Source: Terriglobia bacterium (GTDB lineage Bacteria; Acidobacteriota; Terriglobia; Acidiferrales; UBA7541). Taken from it: DNA of 24,000 nucleotides. The first letter of the stretch is position 1. Each line of letters begins with the position of its first letter. Shown here piece after piece: positions 11,509 through 19,537 of the stretch. The stretch covers positions 486,887-510,886 of the forward strand of contig CAWFUN010000001.1 in NCBI GenBank assembly GCA_963819015.1. Reading direction: 5' to 3'. The position numbers and the translations under genes are program-made. The notes under the pieces are model-generated. The model saw only the letters and a list, made by a program, of their open reading frames with translations, ran no database searches and was not told where the DNA came from.

Positions 11509-12294
11509 TCAGGTGTCCAGGCGGTAGCGGCGCCGTTCGATCGTTCGCGCGCGGCCCGATGTTTCGTCTACGTCCAGCAGAACCGCGTTCATTTGAACGT
11601 CTCCCGCGGCGACCTCGAATCGCGCCGGAAGATTGTCCAAAAAGCGGCGCAGGATCGCCGTGCGCTCCATGCCGATCACGCCGTCGTGAGGACCCGTCAT
11701 GCCCACGTCGGAAATGTACGCGGTGCCCTGCGGCAGCACGTGCTCGTCGGCGGTCGCGACGTGCGTGTGCGTGCCCACCACGGCGGACACCCGCCCGTCC
11801 AAATACCAGCCCATCGCCATCTTTTCGCTGGTGGTTTCCGCGTGCATGTCCACAACAATGATCTTCACCTCGCTCGGCAAAGCCGCCAACTCGCGGTCCG
11901 CGGCGCGGAAGGGACAGTCGGTGGAGCCCAGGAACACCCGGCCTTGCAGGTTCACCACGGCGTAGCGCGCGCCGTTACGCGCCGTGCCAAGAAAGACTCC
12001 GCGGCCCGGCGTTCCCTCGGGAAAATTGGCCGGACGAAGCAGCCGTGGCTCACGTGGGATGTACTCGAGCAACTCTTTACGATCCCAGATGTGATTGCCC
12101 CCGGTGAGCACTTCGATCCCGGCCGCAAACAACTCCTCGGCCAACCGGGGTGTGATACCGAAACCCGCGGCGGCATTCTCTCCATTCGCGAGAACGAGAT
12201 CGATCCCCTCTTGCGACACAATGTCCGCAAGCCGGTCCGCCACAATTCGCCGCCCGGGCGAACCAACAATATCTCCAATGAAGAGTATCCGCAT
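11509..12294 (-). CDS. ymdB: YmdB-family metallophosphoesterase (TIGR00282-type)
   Basis: 261 aa: [101 protein letters not shown]. Confidence 0.93.
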   Translation of the reverse strand: MRILFIGDIVGSPGRRIVADRLADIVSQEGIDLVLANGENAAAGFGITPRLAEELFAAGIEVLTGGNHIWDRKELLEYIPREPRLLRPANFPEGTPGRGVFLGTARNGARYAVVNLQGRVFLGSTDCPFRAADRELAALPSEVKIIVVDMHAETTSEKMAMGWYLDGRVSAVVGTHTHVATADEHVLPQGTAYISDVGMTGPHDGVIGMERTAILRRFLDNLPARFEVAAGDVQMNAVLLDVDETSGRARTIERRRYRLDT

Positions 12295-12440
12295 GTTCCT
12301 TACGTTCTTCTTCGATGAGTCCGGATTTGGCTATGGATGCAGTCTGCCCGCAGACCGATGCCCGCCGCCCGGCACGGGCGCGCCACACCCATCTTATCCC
12401 GTCTCGGCGACGAGAGGGCACGGGGAGGCCAGAAATCTCG

Positions 12441-12473
12441 CCGCGCCTGCCTGCCGGCAGCAAGCAGGCGCGG
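12441..12473 (-). terminator. Strong GC hairpin downstream of receptor 1; terminator or processing element
   Basis: ccgcgcctgc (12441-12450) pairs perfectly with gcaggcgcgg (12464-12473). No convincing T-run follows, so the terminator assignment is weak. Confidence 0.3.
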
Positions 12474-12505
12474 AGTGACACCGGGTAGGACCTCTCAACC
12501 GGACG

Positions 12506-15202
12506 TTAGAAGTGGAACCCGAGCTCCAGCGTCGCAGTTCGCGGCGTGACGTAGTGCGTCCCGCTAAATGTGGACAGGAAGTTGTAAAGTGCCACCTTGT
12601 TCGTCAGGTTGACCACCGTCAATTGCAAGCTCCATCGCTTGTGATCGCCGTGGAACAAATTGTCGTCCCCGATCGCCAAATCAAACAGGCTCCGCGGGGC
12701 GATGCGCGGAGGGTTGTGGTCGTCGTTTTCGGTCCCTGCCGCCGGCACGGAGATCAGTGTGGACCCAAAGTGCGACGCCAGGCACGCCAAAGGGAGCGAA
12801 ATGCCTGAAGGGTGCGTAGCGCTGGGTGGCGCAGCCCCCACGCCATTGCAAGTGAATCCCGCCTCGAATTCTTGATCCGCGGTAAAGGGGACCCCGCTTG
12901 TTGTTTCCATGAGGATCGCCGGCTGGCCGCCGAGCGTCGTGGATTGGGCGCAGTTGCCCCCGAAGCAAGGAGCCTGGCCCGCCACTAGCCCGCTGTCGTA
13001 ACGCCAGTTGAAGCCAAACCACGGCCCGTTTTTCCACGGCTGATACTGGAGGTGCGTCGTTTCATTGAAAACTTCGTCGTGGTCGATCCGGAACACGCCG
13101 CCGGACTGCCCCACGGTGACGCCCAACCCCCCAATCTGCGGCGGGAAGAACCGCGCGTTTACGTGGGACATCACGACGAACGCCGAAAAACCATGGACTG
13201 TCGGCACGGTTCCCCGCACCGTGAAACCCGGGATCTTCGACTTGGTCCATTCCACCGGAAACGTGATCGGCGTGTTTCCCAGGATGCTAAAGTCGTATCC
13301 TTCGCGCGTGTACTTCCAGACGTACTCCCCATCCAAGACGAAGTATCGTCCGAAGGCCTGCTGCAACCCCGCGTGGAACTCATTTCGCGTGCCGGGAGTG
13401 AGTGGGGCGGGAACGCAAGGCACCAGAAAGGAAATCACCGGGTCATTGCAACCCGAATTCGCAACGATGAGGTTCTCGTTGAAGGGAGTCTCCATCGTTC
13501 GCGCGTACGACAGGCGAAGAATCGTATTGGTCTTTGAGATCTTGTAAGCAACGCCGTCGCGGGGCTCCAGAAGATCCTTCACGACCAGCCCGTTATACGC
13601 ATCGCCCCGGACGCCGAGGTTGAACGACCAGTTTCCAACCGTGATTGTATCCTCCAGGTACAAGGCGAGCTCTTTCACGTCCGTGTGGCCATGAAAGAGA
13701 TATTCCGGCACGTGCTGGTAGGTCCCATTGTAGCTGCTCGGATTCGGGCAGCCATCCGTCGTCGCTTCCGAAGCCGTCAGCGGCTCGGCCAGGTCGTAAC
13801 ACGCGGCGATCGAGTCGGTCACATCGACCCCAGGATCGACGATTCCTAGCCGGTCGTTTTCCGTGAGATAGGTCTGCTGGTAGACCATGCCGCCCTTTAC
13901 GTTGTTGACGCCTCTCACGTAGGAAAATTCGGCGCGGAAGCCGGCATTCTTGAGAGTGCGGTTCTGGCCAATCGTTTCGCTCTGCAAAGGGCCGAAGTCG
14001 GAGAACGGATTAGCGCTCGGGTCGTAGTTATAGTGGTCCTGGCGAACGAAACCGCTGAGCGTAACTATCACCGTCGTGCCGATCAGATGTGTCCACGTGG
14101 GCGCGACGTTGAACGTCGTGATGACCGAGCGCTGATCGGTTGGCCCGACCGGGTTGCCGAACGGATCGGTCGCATCGATGTTCAGGTTGTCGTACGTATT
14201 CGGATTCTGGAACCAGGAGTGCGTGTATTCGAGATTCAATTGAAGCGTGTCTGCCGCGGTCGGTTTGAAATCAATCCGGTCAAAAACGTTCTCCTCGTGG
14301 CCGTGGTCGTGCATCACCTCGAATTCCGGCGGGTCGAGAAACCGCCTGGAATAGAGGCCGCTTGCGGCGACAAAATTGCCCCATTTGGGGCCTCCCGTCG
14401 ACAGATTGAAATCTAGCGACGGCGTCCCAAAGGTGCTGTATGACGCGACGACATTTCCTGTCGGCTGCGTGGCGCCGAGACCCGATCTCGTCGTCGCGAC
14501 GATAATCACGCTCGTCTTGTCCCCAAATTCCGCCGGAGGAGCACCGGGAATCACCTCCAGGGATTGAACCGCATCCAGTGGAATCTGGTTTGAGAAGATT
14601 TTGCTTTGCTGGTCCGTGATGGGCTGGTTGTCAACCGTGAAGGAGTTCTCCGCATGATCACCCATCCCGTGAAAGAGGCCGTTCGAGTCCGCCGCGATTC
14701 CCGGAGTGGAAAGCGTGACCAGCGAACTTAAAGAAGAGGATTGGCTTTCCAGGGGAAGTTTGTCGAACAGGCCGCGGTCCACATCCGTATGCGCCGTGGA
14801 ATCGGTTTCCAGCAGGTCGCCCGCATCCGTCCTGACGCTGACCTGTTCCGATGCGCCTGCGATCTGCAAGCCAACTTTCAGCGAGATCGGCAAGCTCGAG
14901 CGGACGTCAACATCCTGCACGAACGACGCAAACCCGTTTGCCGTCACCGTCAAGTGATATGGGTTGAAGGGAACGTTTGGAAAACTGAAAGCGCCCGCGG
15001 AATCCGTCCGCGTGGTTCGGTCGTAACCGCTCACGGGATTGTGGATTTCCACGGTTGCGCCTGAGATCAGGGCGTTCGATGGATCGGTCACCGTCCCTGA
15101 TACAGAGGTTGAGCTACTGGTCGACTGCGCGAACAGCTGTGGCGCGGTGAAAAACACCGCCATCGCTGCAATAAATGCCCAACGAAATAATCTTTTCTGC
15201 AT
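12506..15202 (-). CDS. TonB-dependent/Oar-like outer-membrane receptor with N-terminal carboxypeptidase-regulatory-like domain (copy 1)
   Basis: Signal peptide MQKRLFRWAFIAAMAVFFTAPQLFAQ, then SVSGTVTDPSNALISGATVEIHNP, a plug-like segment DNQPITDQQSKIFSNQIPLDAVQSLEVIPGAPPAEFGDKTSVIIVATTRSG, and the C-terminal beta-barrel ending ELGFHF. AAGGAG lies upstream of the ATG at 15202. Confidence 0.88.
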   Translation of the reverse strand: MQKRLFRWAFIAAMAVFFTAPQLFAQSTSSSTSVSGTVTDPSNALISGATVEIHNPVSGYDRTTRTDSAGAFSFPNVPFNPYHLTVTANGFASFVQDVDVRSSLPISLKVGLQIAGASEQVSVRTDAGDLLETDSTAHTDVDRGLFDKLPLESQSSSLSSLVTLSTPGIAADSNGLFHGMGDHAENSFTVDNQPITDQQSKIFSNQIPLDAVQSLEVIPGAPPAEFGDKTSVIIVATTRSGLGATQPTGNVVASYSTFGTPSLDFNLSTGGPKWGNFVAASGLYSRRFLDPPEFEVMHDHGHEENVFDRIDFKPTAADTLQLNLEYTHSWFQNPNTYDNLNIDATDPFGNPVGPTDQRSVITTFNVAPTWTHLIGTTVIVTLSGFVRQDHYNYDPSANPFSDFGPLQSETIGQNRTLKNAGFRAEFSYVRGVNNVKGGMVYQQTYLTENDRLGIVDPGVDVTDSIAACYDLAEPLTASEATTDGCPNPSSYNGTYQHVPEYLFHGHTDVKELALYLEDTITVGNWSFNLGVRGDAYNGLVVKDLLEPRDGVAYKISKTNTILRLSYARTMETPFNENLIVANSGCNDPVISFLVPCVPAPLTPGTRNEFHAGLQQAFGRYFVLDGEYVWKYTREGYDFSILGNTPITFPVEWTKSKIPGFTVRGTVPTVHGFSAFVVMSHVNARFFPPQIGGLGVTVGQSGGVFRIDHDEVFNETTHLQYQPWKNGPWFGFNWRYDSGLVAGQAPCFGGNCAQSTTLGGQPAILMETTSGVPFTADQEFEAGFTCNGVGAAPPSATHPSGISLPLACLASHFGSTLISVPAAGTENDDHNPPRIAPRSLFDLAIGDDNLFHGDHKRWSLQLTVVNLTNKVALYNFLSTFSGTHYVTPRTATLELGFHF

Positions 15203-15226
15203 TGCGTCTCCTTGTGTGCAAAGCCG

Positions 15227-15246
15227 GCGCGCATCCCAATGCGCGC
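15227..15246 (-). promoter_or_regulatory. Leader hairpin just upstream of the receptor 1 Shine-Dalgarno
   Basis: GCGCGCAT-ccca-ATGCGCGC, perfect 8-bp stem. Counterpart present in front of receptor 2. Confidence 0.45.
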
Positions 15247-15320
15247 GGGAAAAAGGCCAAGTTAGGGAGCAGCCCGGCTGGAGCGCGGTTCCTGCCCGCA
15301 AAGAGAAAGAACTCAGGGAA

Positions 15321-15620
15321 TTAAGCTTGGCTGGGAGGGGCTCGCGAGGACGCGCGTGCAAGTTCAGCAGAGGAATAGAGAATCGTGCCGCTTAGCGGCG
15401 CGCGCATAGCAATCGCACAAAGAGAGATCGGGGCGGGCGGCGCAACCGGCGCGGTCACCGGCATATGCGCAACCTGGCACACGGGGCAAGCAGCCTCCGC
15501 TCCCGGTGCGTCGTAGTGCCAGACTCCGCCCGCCGCCAGGAGGGAGAACAGCGCCACGAGTGCCGCGCCAGTCAGCAAGCGGGTGCGAAGCTTCGAAAGC
15601 GAGTTGTCGCGGGGCGCCAT
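15321..15620 (-). CDS. Small membrane-associated CPVC-motif protein (copy 1), possibly DUF2946-like
   Basis: 99 aa: MAPRDNSLSKLRTRLLTGAALVALFSLLAAGGVWHYDAPGAEAACPVCQVAHMP... By hand count 82 of 99 residues match copy 2. Confidence 0.6.
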   Translation of the reverse strand: MAPRDNSLSKLRTRLLTGAALVALFSLLAAGGVWHYDAPGAEAACPVCQVAHMPVTAPVAPPAPISLCAIAMRAPLSGTILYSSAELARASSRAPPSQA

Positions 15621-15695
15621 TGGAAGTACGTATTCTATACTAGATGACGGCGGGCACGGCGGCGTTGCAGGCTTTTTGCGCGAGAGGCACTGCCT

Positions 15696-15816
15696 CTACG
15701 CCGATTGGCGCAGGGCGCGTTCGACCAATGTCAGGCAGCGCTCGGCCCGCTCGCGAACGGAAGTGTCGCGCCGCGCGAGTTCCTGTCGCAGCGATTCCAG
15801 CCCGTCCGCGATCGCC
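15696..15816 (-). pseudogene. zapA: In-frame 3' remnant of zapA (copy 1 side of the duplication)
   Basis: Minus strand reads AIADGLESLRQELARRDTSVRERAERCLTLVERALRQSA*, matching the C-terminus of intact ZapA at 19162-19452. Similarity stops abruptly at about 15816. Confidence 0.85.
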
Positions 15817-15968
15817 GTTTACCGGAGCGTTGTTCGCCCCCACCAAGGACACGAGATCCACCTCCGTTCACTCTGGGTTCGTTCCGTAGGGGCTGAGGCT
15901 TTCCAGCAGCGTGCCAACCATGGTTCTATCTGAGTGGGAATAATCACCTGACCTCGGAAAGGAAGGTA

Positions 15969-18659
15969 TCAGAAGGCGATACCCAACTCCGCCCGGTACG
16001 TGCGCGGCGCAACGAAATGCGTCCCCGAGCAAGTCGAAAGGAAGTTGAAGAGCGCCTCTTTGTTGGTAATGTTCAGAGCCTCAAACCGCAAGGTCCAACG
16101 CACCCGATCCGTGTGGAAAAGATTGTCGGTCCCGACCCCGACGTTGAACAGGTTGCGTCCTCGGACACGCGGGGGATTCGTGTCGTCATTTTCCGTGCCG
16201 GCTGGGGGGATACTTACCAGTTTTGTCCCCCAGTTCGAAGAAGTGCAAGTCTTGATCGGAATAAAAGGCGTCGCGACCTGATTGCCGCAATAAAACCCAA
16301 TCTGCGCTTGCTGGTCGGCGGTCAGCCCCAGCACGCTCGCTAGATCCGGAACTGCGCCCGCCACGATGCCGCTGTCATAGCGCCAAGTAAACGCCACCCA
16401 CGGCACATTCTTTTTCATCTGATACTGAATGTAAGTTGTGCTCTGGAAGTTTTGGTCGTGGTCGATCCGCAGGACGCTGACGTTTATGGGAGCTTGGAAG
16501 ATCAAACCGCCGTTCTCCGGGCCGAACACGCGGGCTCGCGTATGCCCCAGATTAAGGTAGGCGGACAGGCCCTTCCACTGGCGAAGGGACAGCCGCGAGG
16601 AGAAACCGTCCATCTTGGAATGGTCCCACTCGATCGGAAAGAAAATCGCAGTGGTAAAGATATTGTCCAGGTCGAACGCGTTGCGAGTGTACTTCCAGAA
16701 GTAGTCGGCATCCAGCACCCAATGCGAGCCTATAGCCTGTTCCAGGCCGGCGTTGTACATGTTGCGAATTCCCGGTTTAAGCGGCACGCTCGCATACCCG
16801 CCGAACACATTTGTCGCCAAGCCGCCGGCGCCCGTCTCGCTCGACAGCACCAAGTTCTCGTTTAGCGGGGTCTCGTAGGTGTGCGAATAAGCCACCCGGA
16901 ATACGGTGCCTGTGCGAGCAACGTGATAGGACAGACCCAGACGAGGATCGGGTTGCCACCCGCGGCTGATACCGGTATAGTTATCGATCCGTAATCCGAC
17001 GTTCAGAAGCCAATTGCCAAGAGTAATGGCATCCTGGGCGTAAAAAGCCTCCTCCCTGATATCCGCGTGGCCGTTAAAGTGAAATAAAGTTCCTCCACGC
17101 GTCAGGTCGTACGCAACGAGGCCGGGCTTGAAGCCGTTATCCGTGGTATTCGGGAAAAACCCAGCCCCCGTGCACTGGCTCGTCTGAGTAAGATTGGGCT
17201 GATCGATGACCGGGTCAGTGAGCTGCGCGTCAGTGTAGCAAACTGGATTGAACGTCGGGTCGGTCAGTCCTAGGCTGAAGCGCTCCAACAGCAGGGTGTG
17301 GGTAAACTGCGCGCCGATCTTGACGTTGTGCCGCCCATGAGCATAACTGAGATCCGCCTTCAGACCCAGGTTGGTCAGCGTCCTGTATTGCGCCAATGTG
17401 GCGGGTGTGTCCGCGAATGAAAGCATTTGATTTTGGTTCGTCGGGTAGTAATTGACCTCGTCATGACGCACGAACGCGTTCACACTCAAGAGTGTATTGG
17501 GCCCCAAGGCACCAACCCAGCCTGGGGCGATGTTGTAGGACCGCACCTGTTGCCTCTGATCCTGCCCGGAAACCAGCCCATCATAGGTGTTAGGAATCTG
17601 AAACCAGTTTCTTGCCCCCATGATGTCGAGGTGGAATGTATTCGCGGAGTTTAGCTGGTAATCGCTCCGGGAAAACACGGTCTCATTGTTGCCTATATCG
17701 TGCATTGGTACCCACTCGGCGGTATCCAGGAAACGGCCTGAGCGGGTGGCATTCACCGCGAAGAACTGACCCCATTTGCTGCCGCCGAACCCGATGTCGC
17801 CTTTCAGATTGTCAGTCCCGAAAGAGCCGTACCCGGTCGAAAAACTGCCGCGCGTCGGCTGTCCAAGCCCCGACCGGGTTACGGTGGTAACGACCAGCGA
17901 GGTCTTATCACCGTACTCGGCAGGGGTTCCTCCATAAACCGCTTCCACGGACTGAATCGCGTTCAGCGGAATCTGCGTGGAGAAGAGGTTGCCTTGCTGG
18001 TCCGTGATCGGTTGGCCGTCGACGGAAAGACTCATTTGGGCGTGATCGCCGAGAGAGTGGAAGAAGCCATCCGAATCCGCCACCACGGCGGGAGAAGCAA
18101 GCGTGATGACGTCGCTGAGGCCAGATGCGACCGATGGCGTTGGCATCTTTGAAAACAGCGTGTTATCGACAATTGACGACGCCGTAGGATTGGTTTCAAC
18201 CAGCGGCTTTTCACCAACAACCGTGAGCGAGGCGTACTGCCCCGGAATGGCCAGCCTGATTTCCAGGTCCACGGGTACAGTGCTCCGAACGTCTAAATCT
18301 TGATGATAATGTTGGAAGCCGGCAGCATCGACCTCGAAGTGGTAGATATTCGGGGGAATGTTCGTGAACTTAAACTCACCGGAAGCCGAGGTCACGACCT
18401 CCCGGCGATATAAGGTCAAATCGTTGTACAGACTTACACGTGCGCCAGCGATAGCGGCGCCGCTTGGATCGGTGACTTTTCCACCGATGGTTCCGGCAGT
18501 GCCGAGAGACTGGCCGGACGCACAGGGACGAAAGGTGAACAGTGAGCCGACAAGCAAAAGGATGCCCAGAGCCAGTCGCGGCAGCGCAGATTCGCAGCCT
18601 CGGGCCCTGCCAAAGCGAAAGTTGCAATAACGAAAAGGACTGAGAAAAGCTGAATTCAT
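15969..18659 (-). CDS. TonB-dependent/Oar-like outer-membrane receptor with N-terminal carboxypeptidase-regulatory-like domain (copy 2)
   Basis: TIGGKVTDPSGAAIAGARVSLYND..., DGQPITDQQGNLFSTQIPLNAIQSVEAVYGGTPAEYGDKTSLVVTTVTRSGLGQP, C-terminal YRAELGIAF. AAGGAG lies upstream of the ATG at 18659, which is the likely start rather than the track start at 18911. Confidence 0.88.
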   Translation of the reverse strand: MNSAFLSPFRYCNFRFGRARGCESALPRLALGILLLVGSLFTFRPCASGQSLGTAGTIGGKVTDPSGAAIAGARVSLYNDLTLYRREVVTSASGEFKFTNIPPNIYHFEVDAAGFQHYHQDLDVRSTVPVDLEIRLAIPGQYASLTVVGEKPLVETNPTASSIVDNTLFSKMPTPSVASGLSDVITLASPAVVADSDGFFHSLGDHAQMSLSVDGQPITDQQGNLFSTQIPLNAIQSVEAVYGGTPAEYGDKTSLVVTTVTRSGLGQPTRGSFSTGYGSFGTDNLKGDIGFGGSKWGQFFAVNATRSGRFLDTAEWVPMHDIGNNETVFSRSDYQLNSANTFHLDIMGARNWFQIPNTYDGLVSGQDQRQQVRSYNIAPGWVGALGPNTLLSVNAFVRHDEVNYYPTNQNQMLSFADTPATLAQYRTLTNLGLKADLSYAHGRHNVKIGAQFTHTLLLERFSLGLTDPTFNPVCYTDAQLTDPVIDQPNLTQTSQCTGAGFFPNTTDNGFKPGLVAYDLTRGGTLFHFNGHADIREEAFYAQDAITLGNWLLNVGLRIDNYTGISRGWQPDPRLGLSYHVARTGTVFRVAYSHTYETPLNENLVLSSETGAGGLATNVFGGYASVPLKPGIRNMYNAGLEQAIGSHWVLDADYFWKYTRNAFDLDNIFTTAIFFPIEWDHSKMDGFSSRLSLRQWKGLSAYLNLGHTRARVFGPENGGLIFQAPINVSVLRIDHDQNFQSTTYIQYQMKKNVPWVAFTWRYDSGIVAGAVPDLASVLGLTADQQAQIGFYCGNQVATPFIPIKTCTSSNWGTKLVSIPPAGTENDDTNPPRVRGRNLFNVGVGTDNLFHTDRVRWTLRFEALNITNKEALFNFLSTCSGTHFVAPRTYRAELGIAF

Positions 18660-18686
18660 GTGGCATCTCCTTGTGTGCAAAGCCAG

Positions 18687-18704
18687 CGCGCATCTCAATG
18701 CGCG
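18687..18704 (-). promoter_or_regulatory. Leader hairpin upstream of receptor 2
   Basis: CGCGCAT-ctca-ATGCGCG, 7-bp stem, same relative position as the hairpin at 15227-15246. Confidence 0.45.
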
Positions 18705-18786
18705 TGGGGAAAAGGCCAAGTTAGGGAGCAGACCGGCCGGAGCGCGGAGCCAGTCCGCAAAGAGAAGAAAGTCAGGGGATTGGCAA

Positions 18787-19086
18787 TTAAGCCTGGCTGG
18801 GAGGGGCCCGAGAGGAAGCGCGCGGAAGTTCGGGAGCCGAATAGAGGATCGTTCCGCTTTGCGGCGCGCGCAGTGCAATCGCGCACAGACCAACCAGCAC
18901 GGGCGGCGCAACCGGCGCCGTCACCGGCATATGCGCAACCTGGCATACGGGGCAGGCGGCTTCCGTGCCCGGCTCGTGGTGGTGATAGACTCCGCCCGCC
19001 GCCAAGAGGCAGAACAGTGCCACCAGCGCCGCGCCCGTCAGCAGGCGTGTGCGAAGCTCCGAAAGCGAGTTGTCGCAGGGCGCCAT
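18787..19086 (-). CDS. Small membrane-associated CPVC-motif protein (copy 2), possibly DUF2946-like
   Basis: 99 aa: MAPCDNSLSELRTRLLTGAALVALFCLLAAGGVYHHHEPGTEAACPVCQVAHMP..., with a conserved ATTCTA (minus-strand TAGAAT) element just upstream in both copies. Confidence 0.65.
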   Translation of the reverse strand: MAPCDNSLSELRTRLLTGAALVALFCLLAAGGVYHHHEPGTEAACPVCQVAHMPVTAPVAPPVLVGLCAIALRAPQSGTILYSAPELPRASSRAPPSQA

Positions 19087-19161
19087 GGGAAGTACGTATT
19101 CTACACTAGATGGCGGCGGACACGGCGGCGTTGCAGGCTTTTTGCGCGAGTGGTACTGCCT

Positions 19162-19452
19162 CTACGCCGATTGGCGCAGGGCGCGTTCGACCAATGTCAG
19201 GCAGCGCTCGGCCCGCTCGCGAACGGAGGTGTCGCGCCGCGCGTGCTCCTGGCGCAGCGATTCCAACTCGTCCGCGATCGCCAGCGCCGCGAGCACGGCG
19301 ACTCGCACCGAATCCACTGTTCCCGAATCGCGCGCAATTCCCCGCATTTTTTCGTCCACCAGGCGCGCGAGTTGCGTCACGTACTCCGGATCGAGTTCTC
19401 CGCTGATCGTGTAAGGCTGGTCGTAGATTTCCACTTTCACGCGATGGCTCAC
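19162..19452 (-). CDS. zapA: Cell division protein ZapA
   Basis: 96 aa with GTG start: MSHRVKVEIYDQPYTISGELDPEYVTQLARLVDEKMRGIARDSGTVDSVRVAVLAALAIADELESLRQE... ZapA-like length and pattern, located after pheT as is common. Confidence 0.87.
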   Translation of the reverse strand: MSHRVKVEIYDQPYTISGELDPEYVTQLARLVDEKMRGIARDSGTVDSVRVAVLAALAIADELESLRQEHARRDTSVRERAERCLTLVERALRQSA

Positions 19453-19537
19453 GGGCGGCGCTCCTCTAAGGGCGGAGCTATTCTCCGGCTGGAATGTTTG
19501 CGAAACAACAAAAAAGCTTGGCGCTGGGGGACTCGCC

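Larger units (their letters stand above)
12506..15816 (-). repeat. Tandem segmental duplication, copy 1
   Basis: Gene-for-gene equivalent to 15969-19282 with near-constant offset: receptor stops 3463 bp apart, zapA stops 3466 bp apart. Confidence 0.8.
15969..19282 (-). repeat. Tandem segmental duplication, copy 2
   Basis: Contains receptor 2, its leader hairpin, small protein copy 2 and the 3' part of intact zapA, in the same order as copy 1. Confidence 0.8.

Noticed and set aside
15640-15861. 73-aa minus-strand ORF at the duplication junction
   Set aside because: Wrong frame relative to the zapA remnant; the in-frame C-terminal ZapA match explains the sequence.
15817-15968. Possible 6S RNA or other ncRNA downstream of the zapA remnant
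   Set aside because: zapA is often followed by ssrS, but I cannot fold a convincing 6S bulge structure here. Running Infernal with the Rfam 6S model would decide it.
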